From positions 1,776 to 65,775 of the forward strand of contig JBAWZC010000004.1 of NCBI GenBank assembly GCA_037143235.1: a DNA stretch of 64,000 bases. Reading direction: 5' to 3'. The notes below the pieces were generated by a model that was given only the letters and a program-made list of their open reading frames with translations, searched no databases and had not been told where the DNA came from. This DNA comes from Candidatus Berkelbacteria bacterium. Lineage in GTDB: Bacteria; Patescibacteriota; UBA1384; XYA2-FULL-43-10; 1-14-0-10-43-13. The stretch's first letter is position 1. Every line of letters starts with the position of its first letter. Of the stretch, positions 1 to 10,068 are shown piece after piece. The position numbers and the translations under genes were made by a program.

Positions 1-1705
1 CGCGCAAAGCTTTGATTTTTTCCTCAACATCACTCTTCAGATTACCGTCGACTTTGTCGCCAGCATCTTTGATGGACTTCTCGGCCGTGTAGATGAGAGT
101 ATCAGCAACATTTTTGGCCTCGATAGTTTCTTTCTTTTTCTTGTCATCTTCAGCGTGATCTTCGGCTTCTTTTTTCATCCGCTCGATCTCAGCTTCAGAC
201 AAACCAGAAGAAGAGGTGATAGTGATGTGTTGTTCTTTGTTTGTTGCTTTGTCAGTGGCTTTGACATTGACGATACCGTTGGCATCGATGTCGAAGGTGA
301 CCTCAACTTGCGGAATGCCTCTTGGCGCTGGTGGTAAGCCATCCAAGATAAATCTTCCTAAGGTTTTGTTGTCATTGGCCATCTCTCTCTCGCCCTGCAA
401 AACATGGATTTCCACAGAGGTTTGATTGTCGGCAGCGGTTGAAAAGACCTGCGATTTCGAGGTTGGGATGGTCGTGTTTCTCTCGATCAATTTGGTCGAA
501 ATGCCACCGAGCGTTTCGATACCAAGTGATAGTGGAGTTACATCGAGCAAGAGCAAGTCTTTGACCTCGCCTGTGAGAACACCGCCCTGTATGGCAGCGC
601 CAATGGCGACAGCTTCATCGGGGTTTACTGAATGGTTTGGTTCTTTGCCAAAGAATTTCTTGACTGCCTCACGAACAGCGGGCATGCGAGTCATGCCACC
701 GACCAAGATAACTTCGTCGATATCTTTTTTATCAAGTTTGGCATCTTTCAAGACCTTCTCGCATGGCTTTAGCGTTTTTTCGATGTAGTCAGCAACCAAG
801 CTCTCAAGTTTGGCTCGATCAAGATTGATCTGCAAATGTTTTGGTCCGCTAGCATCAGCCGTGACAAAAGGCAGATTGATATCAGATTGGGCGGTTGTGG
901 AAAGTTCAATCTTAGCTTTTTCGGCAGCTTCCTTGACGCGCTGGATGGCAGCCTTGTCGTTGTGTAGGTCGACACCCTGATCTTTTTTAAATTCATCGAT
1001 GATATAGTCCATCAAGATTTGGTCAAAGTCGTCACCGCCAAGATGAGTGTCACCATTGGTAGCTTTTACTTCGAAGACGCCATCACCAAGTTCCAAGATA
1101 GTGATATCAAAAGTACCACCACCAAGGTCATAGACGGCAATTTTTTCATTTTTCTTCTTGTCGAGACCGTAGGCTAGAGCAGCTGCAGTTGGCTCGTTGA
1201 TAATTCTTTTTACATCAAGGCCGGCGATCTTGCCAGCATCTTTGGTTGCTTGTCTCTGTGCATCGTTAAAGTAGGCCGGAACAGTAATAACTGCCTCGGT
1301 AACTTTTTCACCTAGATAAGTTTCAGCATCAGCCTTAATTTTTTGTAAAACAAAAGCTGATATTTCCTGAGAGCTGTAGTCCTTGCCGTTCATGACGATG
1401 CGCACAGAGCCGTCGGAGGCTTTCTTGGTGTTATATGGCATCTTTTTGAGATCAGCTTGTGTTTCAGCATCGTCAAATTTGCGACCAATAAACCTCTTGA
1501 CTGAGAAGACTGTATTTTCAGAGTTAGTGACAGCTTGTCTCTTGGCTAACTGACCGACTAAACGGTCGCCTTTCTTTGTTTCAGCAATGACACTAGGAAC
1601 AGTTCGTCCGCCCTCGGACGAGCTAATGATTTTGGCTTCGCCACCTTCCATGATTGAGACTGCCGAGTTGGTGGTACCAAGGTCGATACCGATGATTTTT
1701 CCCAT
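1..1705 (-). CDS. dnaK: Chaperone DnaK (3' end runs off the window)
   Basis: Reverse strand from ATG at 1705 reads [14 protein letters not shown] and later [26 protein letters not shown] and DLGGGTFD. Absent from the ORF track because it is truncated. Confidence 0.97.
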   Translation of the reverse strand, partial: MGKIIGIDLGTTNSAVSIMEGGEAKIISSSEGGRTVPSVIAETKKGDRLVGQLAKRQAVTNSENTVFSVKRFIGRKFDDAETQADLKKMPYNTKKASDGSVRIVMNGKDYSSQEISAFVLQKIKADAETYLGEKVTEAVITVPAYFNDAQRQATKDAGKIAGLDVKRIINEPTAAALAYGLDKKKNEKIAVYDLGGGTFDITILELGDGVFEVKATNGDTHLGGDDFDQILMDYIIDEFKKDQGVDLHNDKAAIQRVKEAAEKAKIELSTTAQSDINLPFVTADASGPKHLQINLDRAKLESLVADYIEKTLKPCEKVLKDAKLDKKDIDEVILVGGMTRMPAVREAVKKFFGKEPNHSVNPDEAVAIGAAIQGGVLTGEVKDLLLLDVTPLSLGIETLGGISTKLIERNTTIPTSKSQVFSTAADNQTSVEIHVLQGEREMANDNKTLGRFILDGLPPAPRGIPQVEVTFDIDANGIVNVKATDKATNKEQHITITSSSGLSEAEIERMKKEAEDHAEDDKKKKETIEAKNVADTLIYTAEKSIKDAGDKVDGNLKSDVEEKIKALR

Positions 1706-1839
1706 ATTCTTCCTTTCTTGTGTTGTTCTCGCACAAGCGAGAATGTTATTTTTTGTATCTTAATTATAAACCCTACAACTAAAAATGTAAAGTATACTTT
1801 ACATTTTGTCAAGAGGTCTTTCGCAGAAAGAGGTCGCAG

Positions 1840-1888
1840 ACCCTCCGTAGCCCTGTCTGCCGACAGGCAGGCTTGGCGAAGGACGGGT
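1840..1888. repeat. Palindromic element with nested 20-bp CCTGYCTRCCGRCAGGCAGG insertion (1852-1871)
   Basis: ACCCTCCGTAGC [CCTGTCTGCCGACAGGCAGG] CTTGGCGAAGGACGGGT. The same 20-mer family occurs at 48964-49002 and 49163-49182. Confidence 0.75.
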
Positions 1889-1914
1889 CACAAGAGGTCT
1901 TCGTGAATTTGCCC

Positions 1915-2730
1915 TTAGGCAGTGCCGCTACTAAGGTATCTTTCTTCTTGGTCGTCGTCAAATTTCTCATAGACGCCGAGAATGGCCATTGCAAATAAGA
2001 TAATCCAGAAAAGTAATTCTTCAAGCGGGAATCTAACATTAAGCAGTGAAATCCAACCAACAAATTGCCAGCCAGGAAATTGCCACCAATCGTGTTTAAG
2101 TGCGGTAATCTCGTAAATGAAGCTTAAATAAAAGAAGTAGGCCGCAGTCTTTAGAAATTTCGGAGTCAATTTCGCATGCGTTGAAACTTCGAAAAAGGCT
2201 GGGATGCCGATCAGTAATATTCCAAAGATGAAGTAGAAATAGGGGACACGAAGCCACGAGGGATTAACTAACAGCACCGTAATAAATGGGGCAATGATGG
2301 CGAATCCGATGACATATAGATATTTAAATTTTGCAGCGAATGTTTTTTTGACAACATGGTGGTTTAAAAAGTATTCGTAAAACATAATTACGGAGTAAAA
2401 ATTTAAGACAGCCCACAATCCTTGTTCGATCGGGACAACACCGAAAAATCGAAAAGACGATACCGATGATGGGATAATCCATTGACCCATTATTTGGCCA
2501 ATGTAATCAACAACGAGAATTGTGGGAATACTCGCGACAATCGAAAAAGAGAGAGCTTTTAGGGCACATTTTGGTAGCCTTATGGACAGAAATAATGATG
2601 GTAGACCAAGAAAAAGGATGATTGACCAAAGATAATTGACTGAGTAGATTGAGGCAATAACCGAGGCGAAGATCGGCAAAAGTAGGATAATTGTTAGATC
2701 AAATAGCCCTTTCCTAAGTTTTTCTGTCAT
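1915..2730 (-). CDS. Polytopic membrane protein with two lycopene-cyclase-domain-like repeats
   Basis: Hydrophobic ORF with repeated motifs W..P....F.FFGVVPIEQ and WQFP....VG....RFPLEE. AGGAGGAGG RBS precedes MTEKL. Confidence 0.6.
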   Translation of the reverse strand: MTEKLRKGLFDLTIILLLPIFASVIASIYSVNYLWSIILFLGLPSLFLSIRLPKCALKALSFSIVASIPTILVVDYIGQIMGQWIIPSSVSSFRFFGVVPIEQGLWAVLNFYSVIMFYEYFLNHHVVKKTFAAKFKYLYVIGFAIIAPFITVLLVNPSWLRVPYFYFIFGILLIGIPAFFEVSTHAKLTPKFLKTAAYFFYLSFIYEITALKHDWWQFPGWQFVGWISLLNVRFPLEELLFWIILFAMAILGVYEKFDDDQEERYLSSGTA

Positions 2731-2825
2731 CCTCCTCCTATTGTGAAATATCACTCAATCGAATACTTTTTAGCGGCTTTGATGATCTGTGACGAGACCA
2801 TGATTCAGCATTCTAATACAATATT

Positions 2826-3290
2826 TTAGCTTACTCCATTTGAGACTTTGACTTTGGCTGGGCGGACGATGATGTCATTGTATCGATATCCAGCAGAAAT
2901 TTCTTCGACGATCTCACCCTCAGGTTTTTCGGAGGGAATATGTTCTACTGCCTCATGCAGATTGTGATCAAATTGTTGACCCAAAGACTCGATTTTTTGT
3001 AAACCTTCTTCGGCTAGGACGGTTTCAAGCTGTTTTTCTATTTGCCTGACACCGATAACCCAGTTATCATTCGCTAAATTTTCTGGTACATGTTTGGCAG
3101 CTAACTGAAAATTGTCGAGTACTGGCAATAAACTCATGATCAGATCTAGATTGGCAAATTTGATTGTCTTGGCTCGATCCATCTCGGCCTGTCTCTTGAA
3201 ATTGGCAAAATCAGCCTGAGCTCGCTGCCAGCCAGCGGTCAACTCACCAATTTTTTGTTGTAATTCTTCTGCTTGTTTGTCTTTTTTCAT
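2826..3290 (-). CDS. grpE: Nucleotide exchange factor GrpE
   Basis: RAQADFANFKR, LLPVLDNF, FDHNLHEAV, GY...IVRPAKVKV. Lies upstream of dnaK. Confidence 0.95.
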   Translation of the reverse strand: MKKDKQAEELQQKIGELTAGWQRAQADFANFKRQAEMDRAKTIKFANLDLIMSLLPVLDNFQLAAKHVPENLANDNWVIGVRQIEKQLETVLAEEGLQKIESLGQQFDHNLHEAVEHIPSEKPEGEIVEEISAGYRYNDIIVRPAKVKVSNGVS

Positions 3291-3448
3291 AGCTTCATTT
3301 TAGCAAATATTTTCCAAATAAGCTAGAATTGAAATCAGGAGTTGGAAGTTGGAGATTAGGAGCTAGAAGTCCCCACTTCGCTCTCCGAGCTACGCGGGGC
3401 AGGCAGGAGCCAGTTTGCAGAATTAAATGTGCCCTTCCGTCCTCCTCT

Positions 3449-3514
3449 TGTCATTCCCGCGCAGGCGGGAATCTACAAAAGATTAAGCGGATTCCCGCCT
3501 GCGCGGGAATGACA
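3449..3514. repeat. Inverted pair of REP/dRS3-like elements (ATTCCC-N8-GGGAAT)
   Basis: TGTCATTCCCGCGCAGGCGGGAATCT followed by GGATTCCCGCCTGCGCGGGAATGACA. A second pair lies at 58761-58855. Confidence 0.85.
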
Positions 3515-3544
3515 TTAAAAAAATAGATGTCATTGCGAGGATCA

Positions 3545-4963
3545 ATGAAGATTTTTGTTGATAATTTGAAATACTCTTTTCGAATATTTACCATTGTGGC
3601 TGTGGGTTTTTTGATTGGTGTCGCGGTGGGAGAAGTTCAACAAGTCATTAATCTTGGCTTGTCGGTATTAATTGCCTTATCTGTTCTTTTCATTACAGTT
3701 GGAGCAATCAATTATTTACTCAAAAATCAGTATTTGACTTTGGCCGCATCGATGTTTGTTTTTATCTTTATTGGCATTATCTATAATCTGCAATTTGCTC
3801 ACAGCGTCGTACCAAAAATTAATTTTGGCACAGATGTTACGATTACCGGCGTGGTTGCCGATCGGCCAGATCTTAGTAAGGGGAAGCAAAAAATTGTTGT
3901 CGACGCCATCGAAAATGGTCGGAAAACGAGGATTTTGGTTTTTTTGCCACACTTTCCCGCATATCGTGTTGGCGACGAACTGCGTATCTCTGGGCAGATT
4001 GATAAACCAGCGATGATCGAGGATTTTGATTATCCGGGTTATCTCAAGGGGCAAAAGATTTTTAGTTATATCCGACAGCCAAAATCAGTTGAAAAAATTG
4101 GTCAAAGCGGAAAGATCGGCTATCGTTTCCGAGCTAGTTTATTTAATTTGGCACAGAAGATCGAGAATGTTTTGCAAAAAACTCTACCAGAACCGCAAGC
4201 GTCCCTAGCGGAGGGTTTGATTCTCGGCGCCAAAAAAGATTTGCCAGCTGATTTCGTTCTGGCTTTGCAGCGTACTGGCCTAACTCACATTGTCGCGCTG
4301 TCTGGCTATAATGTGACGATCATCGTGATTGCCCTGTCGGCGCTGCTGCTGACAATTATTGGCCGCAAAAAAACCTTTTGGCTGAGTGTAGTATTGGTTT
4401 TGTTTTTCGTTACGATGACTGGTGGCGCATCATCTGTTGTTCGGGCCGCCATTTTCTCTATCGCTATCATTTTCGGCCAGACGATGTTGGGGCGACCTGG
4501 TGATCAGACTAACCTGATGTTGCTGGCGGCAATCGTTATGGTTTTGTTCAATCCTTTCATTCTTTGTCATGACATAGGTTTTCAGCTCTCTTTCTTGGCT
4601 TTTTGTGGCTTGATCTATTTGTCGCCAATATTAAAAAAATCGTTCGCCAGTAGAAAGGGGAGATACATCCCTGAGAATATTCGCAACACAGCTGCCGAAA
4701 CACTGAGCGCCCAGTTTGCGGTCTTGCCGATCATGATCTTCCAGTTCAAGCAAATTTCGCTTATCGCCCCAGTTTCAAATATTTTGATACTTTGGATTAT
4801 TCCTCTGACGATGCTGTATTCATTTATCGTTGGCTTAATCGGCTTGCTCTGGCTGCCAGCTGCAAAAATTTTTGCTGACGCGGCTTGGCCGCTTTTAACT
4901 TATATTATCGACGGTGTCGTTTGGATGTCGAAGATTCCGTTCGCCAGCTATGTTTGGAAATAG
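3545..4963 (+). CDS. comEC: ComEC/Rec2 competence membrane protein (OB and competence domains)
   Basis: GLTHIVALSGYNV, GGASSVVRAAIF, DIGFQLSFLA motifs. Confidence 0.92.
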   Translation: MKIFVDNLKYSFRIFTIVAVGFLIGVAVGEVQQVINLGLSVLIALSVLFITVGAINYLLKNQYLTLAASMFVFIFIGIIYNLQFAHSVVPKINFGTDVTITGVVADRPDLSKGKQKIVVDAIENGRKTRILVFLPHFPAYRVGDELRISGQIDKPAMIEDFDYPGYLKGQKIFSYIRQPKSVEKIGQSGKIGYRFRASLFNLAQKIENVLQKTLPEPQASLAEGLILGAKKDLPADFVLALQRTGLTHIVALSGYNVTIIVIALSALLLTIIGRKKTFWLSVVLVLFFVTMTGGASSVVRAAIFSIAIIFGQTMLGRPGDQTNLMLLAAIVMVLFNPFILCHDIGFQLSFLAFCGLIYLSPILKKSFASRKGRYIPENIRNTAAETLSAQFAVLPIMIFQFKQISLIAPVSNILILWIIPLTMLYSFIVGLIGLLWLPAAKIFADAAWPLLTYIIDGVVWMSKIPFASYVWK

Positions 4964-4991
4964 TTGCAAAATAAACTGAAGTAGGACTTTC

Positions 4992-5855
4992 GTGCTCAAA
5001 ACAATTTTAAATTTTATAGTTATTACCCTGTTACTGATTGGATTCAGCCTGATTTTTAAGGTTGGTAGCCGCCAGCTCGATCCAGCTGTAAAAGTATATT
5101 TTCTTGATGTTGGACAGGGCGACTCTGAGTTAATTCAATTCGGCGACACGCAGGTCTTAATTGATGGCGGCCCGAGTTCAGATGTGGTGCAGAAACTTGG
5201 CGACAAGATGCCAGTCGGTGACAAAAATATTGAATATATGATCCTGACCCATCCTCACGCCGACCATATCGTCGGCCTGAACGCGGTTCTCGATCGCTAT
5301 ACTGTTGGAAAAATTTACAGTTCCGGCGTGGTCGGATCATCTGATGTCTATCTGGAGTTTTTGTCGAAGGTCAGAGACAAAAATATTGAGATGGTCGTGC
5401 CAGAAATTGGCTACCGCTTTGAACCTTTTCCCGACGGAGAGATTAGTTTTTTTTGGCCTGGCGACAAGTTCAAGTCACTCGAAGCAACAGATTTAAACGA
5501 CACCTCGGAGGTGAATAATTTTTGCTACAAATCACACTGCATATTTTTTACCGGCGATATTCAGGCGGATGCGGTGGCTGAGATATCTGCTTCCAATGAT
5601 TCGACAAAATTATTATCCGAAGTGATCAAAGTGCCTCATCATGGTTCAAAGTATTCACTCAGCCCAGAGTTTTATCAAAAGGTAAATCCAGAGACTGCTA
5701 TTGTCTCAGCCAGTGCGGGGAATAGCTACGGTCATCCACATCAAGAAGTCTTGAATTATTTGCAAAGCGTTGGCATCAACATTTTTCGCACAGATCAAGA
5801 TGGCGACATTACCTGTTCTTTTGTGGACAAGTGGCAATGTCAAGGATCAAGATAG
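4992..5855 (+). CDS. ComEC-associated metallo-beta-lactamase-fold protein
   Basis: FLDVGQGD, THPHADH, FTGD, KVPHHGS, YGHPH, RTDQDG motifs. Confidence 0.9.
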   Translation: MLKTILNFIVITLLLIGFSLIFKVGSRQLDPAVKVYFLDVGQGDSELIQFGDTQVLIDGGPSSDVVQKLGDKMPVGDKNIEYMILTHPHADHIVGLNAVLDRYTVGKIYSSGVVGSSDVYLEFLSKVRDKNIEMVVPEIGYRFEPFPDGEISFFWPGDKFKSLEATDLNDTSEVNNFCYKSHCIFFTGDIQADAVAEISASNDSTKLLSEVIKVPHHGSKYSLSPEFYQKVNPETAIVSASAGNSYGHPHQEVLNYLQSVGINIFRTDQDGDITCSFVDKWQCQGSR

Positions 5856-5958
5856 CTGGATTTGAAATCAAAACTTTGTTATGTTGAAATTGTTTTATTT
5901 TTGGAATATTCTCAGATGAGAATTTGTTTAGAAATTACTAATTGGAGCGTAGCGACCG

Positions 5959-6690
5959 ATGTCTGGACACAGCAAGTGGGCAACCACAAAACATAAGAAA
6001 GCGATTATTGACTCGAAACGGTCAAAAGTTTTTACGAAGGTTGCGAAACTAGTTACTATCGCTGCCAGAGACGGCAAATCGGGCGATCCAGTGATGAATC
6101 CATCTTTGCGATTGGCGATTGACAATGCCAAGGCAGTTTCGATGCCAAAAGATAATATTGATCGAGCTATCAAAAGGGGATTGGGCGGTCTCGATGGTGG
6201 TGCTCAACTTGAGGAAATTGTTTACGAGGCTTATGCCCCAGGTGGAGTCGCTCTTTTAATTGAATGTTTGACCGACAATAAAAACCGAGCGTTAGGAGAG
6301 ATCAGGGCACTTTTGAATAAAGCTGGCGGTTCGCTGGCAGCTACCGGTAGTGTTGGCTATTTATTCAAAAAAGTTGGTCAGATCATCGTTGATGAGTCGA
6401 CCAATTCGGCCAAGGGTGACGATCTGGATATGATAATTATCGATTCTGGAGCTGAAGATTTTTCCAGAGAAGAGGATCTGGTCGTAATAACTTGCGCATT
6501 TACTGAGCTCAACCATGTCAATGCGACGCTCAAAGATGCTGGCGTTTTAGTCGAAAGCTCAGAAGTTGTTTATATTCCAAACACCTTTCTCGATGTCAGC
6601 GAAGACAAGAAAATCTCAGTGGAAAATCTGATTGAAGCGATCGATGATCTCGATGATGTTAATAGCGTCTACACCAACGCAAGCTTGTAA
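5959..6690 (+). CDS. yebC: YebC/PmpR family protein
   Basis: MSGHSKWA, NPSLR, MPKDNIDRAI, TDNKNR. Confidence 0.95.
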   Translation: MSGHSKWATTKHKKAIIDSKRSKVFTKVAKLVTIAARDGKSGDPVMNPSLRLAIDNAKAVSMPKDNIDRAIKRGLGGLDGGAQLEEIVYEAYAPGGVALLIECLTDNKNRALGEIRALLNKAGGSLAATGSVGYLFKKVGQIIVDESTNSAKGDDLDMIIIDSGAEDFSREEDLVVITCAFTELNHVNATLKDAGVLVESSEVVYIPNTFLDVSEDKKISVENLIEAIDDLDDVNSVYTNASL

Positions 6691-6818
6691 AATATTGTTA
6701 ACAAAAAACATTCGAGAAAGTCTGGGATGTTTTTTTTGATAAACTGTGTTCTCTAGTCTTTGATTTTCTTTTCTGAGGGAATATAATGGTTATGAATCAA
6801 ATTTAAAAAAGGAGAGAT

Positions 6819-7523
6819 GTGAAACCAGTATGGATCGTGGTGATTTCGGTGCTTATTACGGGCCTCGTCGTCGGCGGTTTAACTTACTTTTTTATCAACC
6901 GGGCCGCGACTAGCGATAAAAATGATTTGCAATCTCAGATAAGTTCTCTGGATAATAAATTATCTGGAACAGAGAAGTCACTTTCGAGTGCGTTGTCTAG
7001 TTCTTCGTCAAGCAGTTCTGACTCTTCGTCTTCGAGCTCATCTGTCTCTGCAACGAGCTCGTCAAGTTCGTCTGCTGCCGTCTCGTCGGCATTTTCATTG
7101 ACCAATTTGAAGGCTGCTAGTGTTGTTGTTGGCGGTACGACATACAAACTGGTTAACGGAGTTTTCGACCAGACTGCAGATGGCCCTTTCAACACTGAGA
7201 TACCAGCGACAATCACATTGGACCAGAAAAATTATGCAGTTGATACGGCTAATGCAAATCAAGCTGCAATTATTTTGACACTCGGCGGTATGAGACATGC
7301 GGGGGCAACTGTTAGTCCGACTGAGCTCGAAATCATGACTAACAGCGCTGGTACTCCAAAATATGCAGCCAGAGTATTGCTTGATGGATATTTTGAATGT
7401 ACAGTTAATTCCATCGCTTTTGCCTCAAACATTGTGACTGTGAGCTTTACCAGAGTGGGAGCAACAATAGCGAAGACAGTTTCCTACAAACTTAACGCCA
7501 ACAATACCCTGACCCTGCAATAG
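6819..7523 (+). CDS. Membrane-anchored protein with poly-Ser linker
   Basis: N-terminal TM helix, short coiled coil, ~30-residue Ser tract, beta-rich C-terminal domain. Confidence 0.75.
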   Translation: MKPVWIVVISVLITGLVVGGLTYFFINRAATSDKNDLQSQISSLDNKLSGTEKSLSSALSSSSSSSSDSSSSSSSVSATSSSSSSAAVSSAFSLTNLKAASVVVGGTTYKLVNGVFDQTADGPFNTEIPATITLDQKNYAVDTANANQAAIILTLGGMRHAGATVSPTELEIMTNSAGTPKYAARVLLDGYFECTVNSIAFASNIVTVSFTRVGATIAKTVSYKLNANNTLTLQ

Positions 7524-7627
7524 ACTTGGCCTAATAGCAAACACGATAAAGTTTTTATCTATTCGAAATCGTATTGATGCGATACAATGGATATAACCAA
7601 ATCGTGTTTTGTTATTAATTTTCTCCA

Positions 7628-8347
7628 ATGAAAAATCTCATTTCTATCTCGACCGGACTAGTCTATCGTGTCAGCGAAGACAAAAATGTTCAAATCAAAA
7701 CCATCGGTAAATTTAAGCCGAGTGGTATCGAGTTGGTTTTACCATTTCCTGAAACATTATTTGATTTCGAGCCAGACGAAGAATCTCTCGAGATAATTCG
7801 CGGTTTGGACTTTTTTACTATTCACGCCCCATCTGGTCGAGGTTTAAAGTACTGTGATAACGTTGAGACACAAAAAATTCTAGCCAAATTGTCGTATCTT
7901 TCCAGAGAGCTTGATGTAAAAAATGTGACTTTTCATATTGAAAATATCGAAAGCTACGATATTTTTCGTCAATGTGATTTCAAGGTTTCGATTGAAAACG
8001 CTGACCATCGTAAATCATTTGGCCAAACTCCAGCCGAGATGGAGAAAATTTTAAGCGCGCATCCAAATCTATTTTTTACTTTTGATTTCGCTCACGCGAT
8101 GATCGTTAATCCTACATATGTCTCGGATTTCTTAAAAATGAAAAGCAGATTTTCGGAGATCCATATGTCTGTCTGTTCTGAAGAACTTAAAGAACATCAT
8201 TTCATCCACCTAAAGCACAAAGACACATTTGCCGAGGTGATAAAGCAGTTGCCACAGAATGTTCCTTTTGTTATCGAATCCGCAGCGATGAAAGCAGGGG
8301 AAATCAATTATGTTGTTGAGGAAATAAAATATTTGCGCTCGATTTAA
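7628..8347 (+). CDS. Xylose-isomerase/AP-endonuclease-like TIM-barrel protein
   Basis: IHAP, TFH, IEN, FDFAHA, EIHMS, VIES metal-ligand pattern. Confidence 0.65.
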   Translation: MKNLISISTGLVYRVSEDKNVQIKTIGKFKPSGIELVLPFPETLFDFEPDEESLEIIRGLDFFTIHAPSGRGLKYCDNVETQKILAKLSYLSRELDVKNVTFHIENIESYDIFRQCDFKVSIENADHRKSFGQTPAEMEKILSAHPNLFFTFDFAHAMIVNPTYVSDFLKMKSRFSEIHMSVCSEELKEHHFIHLKHKDTFAEVIKQLPQNVPFVIESAAMKAGEINYVVEEIKYLRSI

Positions 8348-8363
8348 CGATGTTTTACCGGGA

Positions 8364-8894
8364 ATGATAAATTTAATGAAAAATGAGAATAGTAAATTGA
8401 AAAACGAGAACTCGAAGCGGATTTTGGGGATTGACCCTGGCACGGGGATAATGGGCTGGGGGTTGATCGAAATATCCAATAACAAGATCGTGCCGATTAA
8501 ATACGGTTGCATTAGAACGCCAGCCAACACAGAGATATCGGTGCGTCTTTTGCATATTTTTAATTCACTTTCTGATATAATCAAAGAGAACAAACCGGAC
8601 GAAGTAGCGATTGAGGAGCTGTTCTTCTTCAAGAACCAAAAGACCATTATCAGTGTCGCGGAGGCTAGGGGTGTGGCCGTGGTCTGTGCCAAGAAGATGG
8701 GGTTGCCAGTCTTTGGCTATACACCACTTCAGGTCAAGCAAGCGCTGACTGGGTACGGCCGAGCCGAGAAAAAACAGATTCAGGAGATGGTGAAGACAGT
8801 TTGCAGTCTGCGTGAATGTCCGAAGCCAGATGATGCCGCTGATGCTCTGGCAGTGGCGATAACACATGGACAAACTGATCAGCGAATACGCTGA
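8364..8894 (+). CDS. ruvC: Holliday junction resolvase RuvC
   Basis: ILGIDPG, AIEELFF, YTPLQVKQALTGYGRAEKKQI, PDDAADALAVA. Confidence 0.96.
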   Translation: MINLMKNENSKLKNENSKRILGIDPGTGIMGWGLIEISNNKIVPIKYGCIRTPANTEISVRLLHIFNSLSDIIKENKPDEVAIEELFFFKNQKTIISVAEARGVAVVCAKKMGLPVFGYTPLQVKQALTGYGRAEKKQIQEMVKTVCSLRECPKPDDAADALAVAITHGQTDQRIR

Positions 8895-9072
8895 TCAGGA
8901 AACTCTAAATCCTAAACACTAAATTCTAAATAAATTTGAAATTTAAAATTCAAAAATTTGAGATTATTTCGGATTTAGATATTAGAATTTATGAAAGCCC
9001 ATTCGACTCGCAATACTCGCTCAGGGCAAAACAACAACTTTTAGAATAGATTATTGACGTTTTGGAGGGCCC

Positions 9073-10056
9073 TTGCCACAATTGCGACAAAATATTATTA
9101 CTGGCGACTGGGTCGTCATTGCGCCAGAGAGGGCCAAAAGACCTCGAGATTTTGTAATTCCCAAGGGCGTGGAAATAAATGATCCTGCTGCCTGCCCTTT
9201 TTGCCCAGAGAACGATAATTTCAAACATCTAGAAAAGATTAGAAAAGCTTCGAACAGAAGTTGTTTTGCAGTTGAAAACCGGTATCCTGCCTTCATTGAA
9301 GATGAGAGCCAAAAAAGCCAGAGATCATATTATATCGAAGATGATTTTTATCGTGCCAAAGCCTCACGAGGCGATCATGAAGTTATCGTGATGAAAGATC
9401 ACCATCAACCCTTAAACCTGATGCCGCAAAAAGTCATCGAAGATATGCTGGAAATGTTGAGAGACCGATATTTATGCATGCGCGACAAAGAAGGCTTGGC
9501 CTCGATTATGCCGATCTACAATCATGGCCCTGAGGCTGGCGCATCAATTCTTCACCCTCACGCTCAAATATTTGGTTCCGGCATTGTTTCCAATACTGTT
9601 GGGAGAGAGATGGATGGAGCGGAAAAGTATTATGGGATCAACAGCTCGTGTGTGTACTGTGATATGGTCAAACATGAGAGGCGGCAAAAAACGCGCGTCG
9701 TCTATGAAAATGGCCAGTTTATCGCGATAAATTTCTTTGCTTCTAGGTTCCCTTTTGAAACATGGATACTTCCTAAAAATCATGAGAGTCAATTCGAAGA
9801 GACGACCAAAACAAGCATGTCTCAGTTTGCGACTGCCCTTCACGAAGTAGTTCAAAAAGTAAGCAAAACACTGGACAATCCGTCCTTAAACTGGTATATT
9901 CATACTCTACCTGCGCTGCAAGATAGATCTGCTTCTTACCATTGGCATCTGGAGTTAATCCCCAGAGTGTCCAATTTCGGCGGATTTGAACTTGGCAGTG
10001 AGGTCATTATCAATGTGATGTCTCCAGAGGAGGCAACGAAGTACCTAAAAAGCTAG
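9073..10056 (+). CDS. galT: Galactose-1-phosphate uridylyltransferase (GalT/HIT family)
   Basis: ERAKRP, CPFCP, NHGPEAGASILHPHAQ, YHWHLE, GGFELG. Confidence 0.88.
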   Translation: MPQLRQNIITGDWVVIAPERAKRPRDFVIPKGVEINDPAACPFCPENDNFKHLEKIRKASNRSCFAVENRYPAFIEDESQKSQRSYYIEDDFYRAKASRGDHEVIVMKDHHQPLNLMPQKVIEDMLEMLRDRYLCMRDKEGLASIMPIYNHGPEAGASILHPHAQIFGSGIVSNTVGREMDGAEKYYGINSSCVYCDMVKHERRQKTRVVYENGQFIAINFFASRFPFETWILPKNHESQFEETTKTSMSQFATALHEVVQKVSKTLDNPSLNWYIHTLPALQDRSASYHWHLELIPRVSNFGGFELGSEVIINVMSPEEATKYLKS

Positions 10057-10068
10057 CTGGACACGTTT

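Noticed and set aside
3300-3326. CIRCE-like site upstream of grpE (TTAGCAAAT-N9-ATAAGCTAG)
   Set aside because: Only 6/9 and 4/9 matches to the consensus arms, and no hrcA in the window.
3545-5855. Split comEC as a frameshift pseudogene
   Set aside because: The second ORF has its own RBS and N-terminal TM, and split architectures are common.
8900-8990. Degenerate heptamer-like AT-rich tracts (also ~3330-3370, 48480-48560, 48780-48845, 52555-52645)
   Set aside because: Low-complexity imperfect fold-backs with no repeat-spacer structure; no specific function can be supported.
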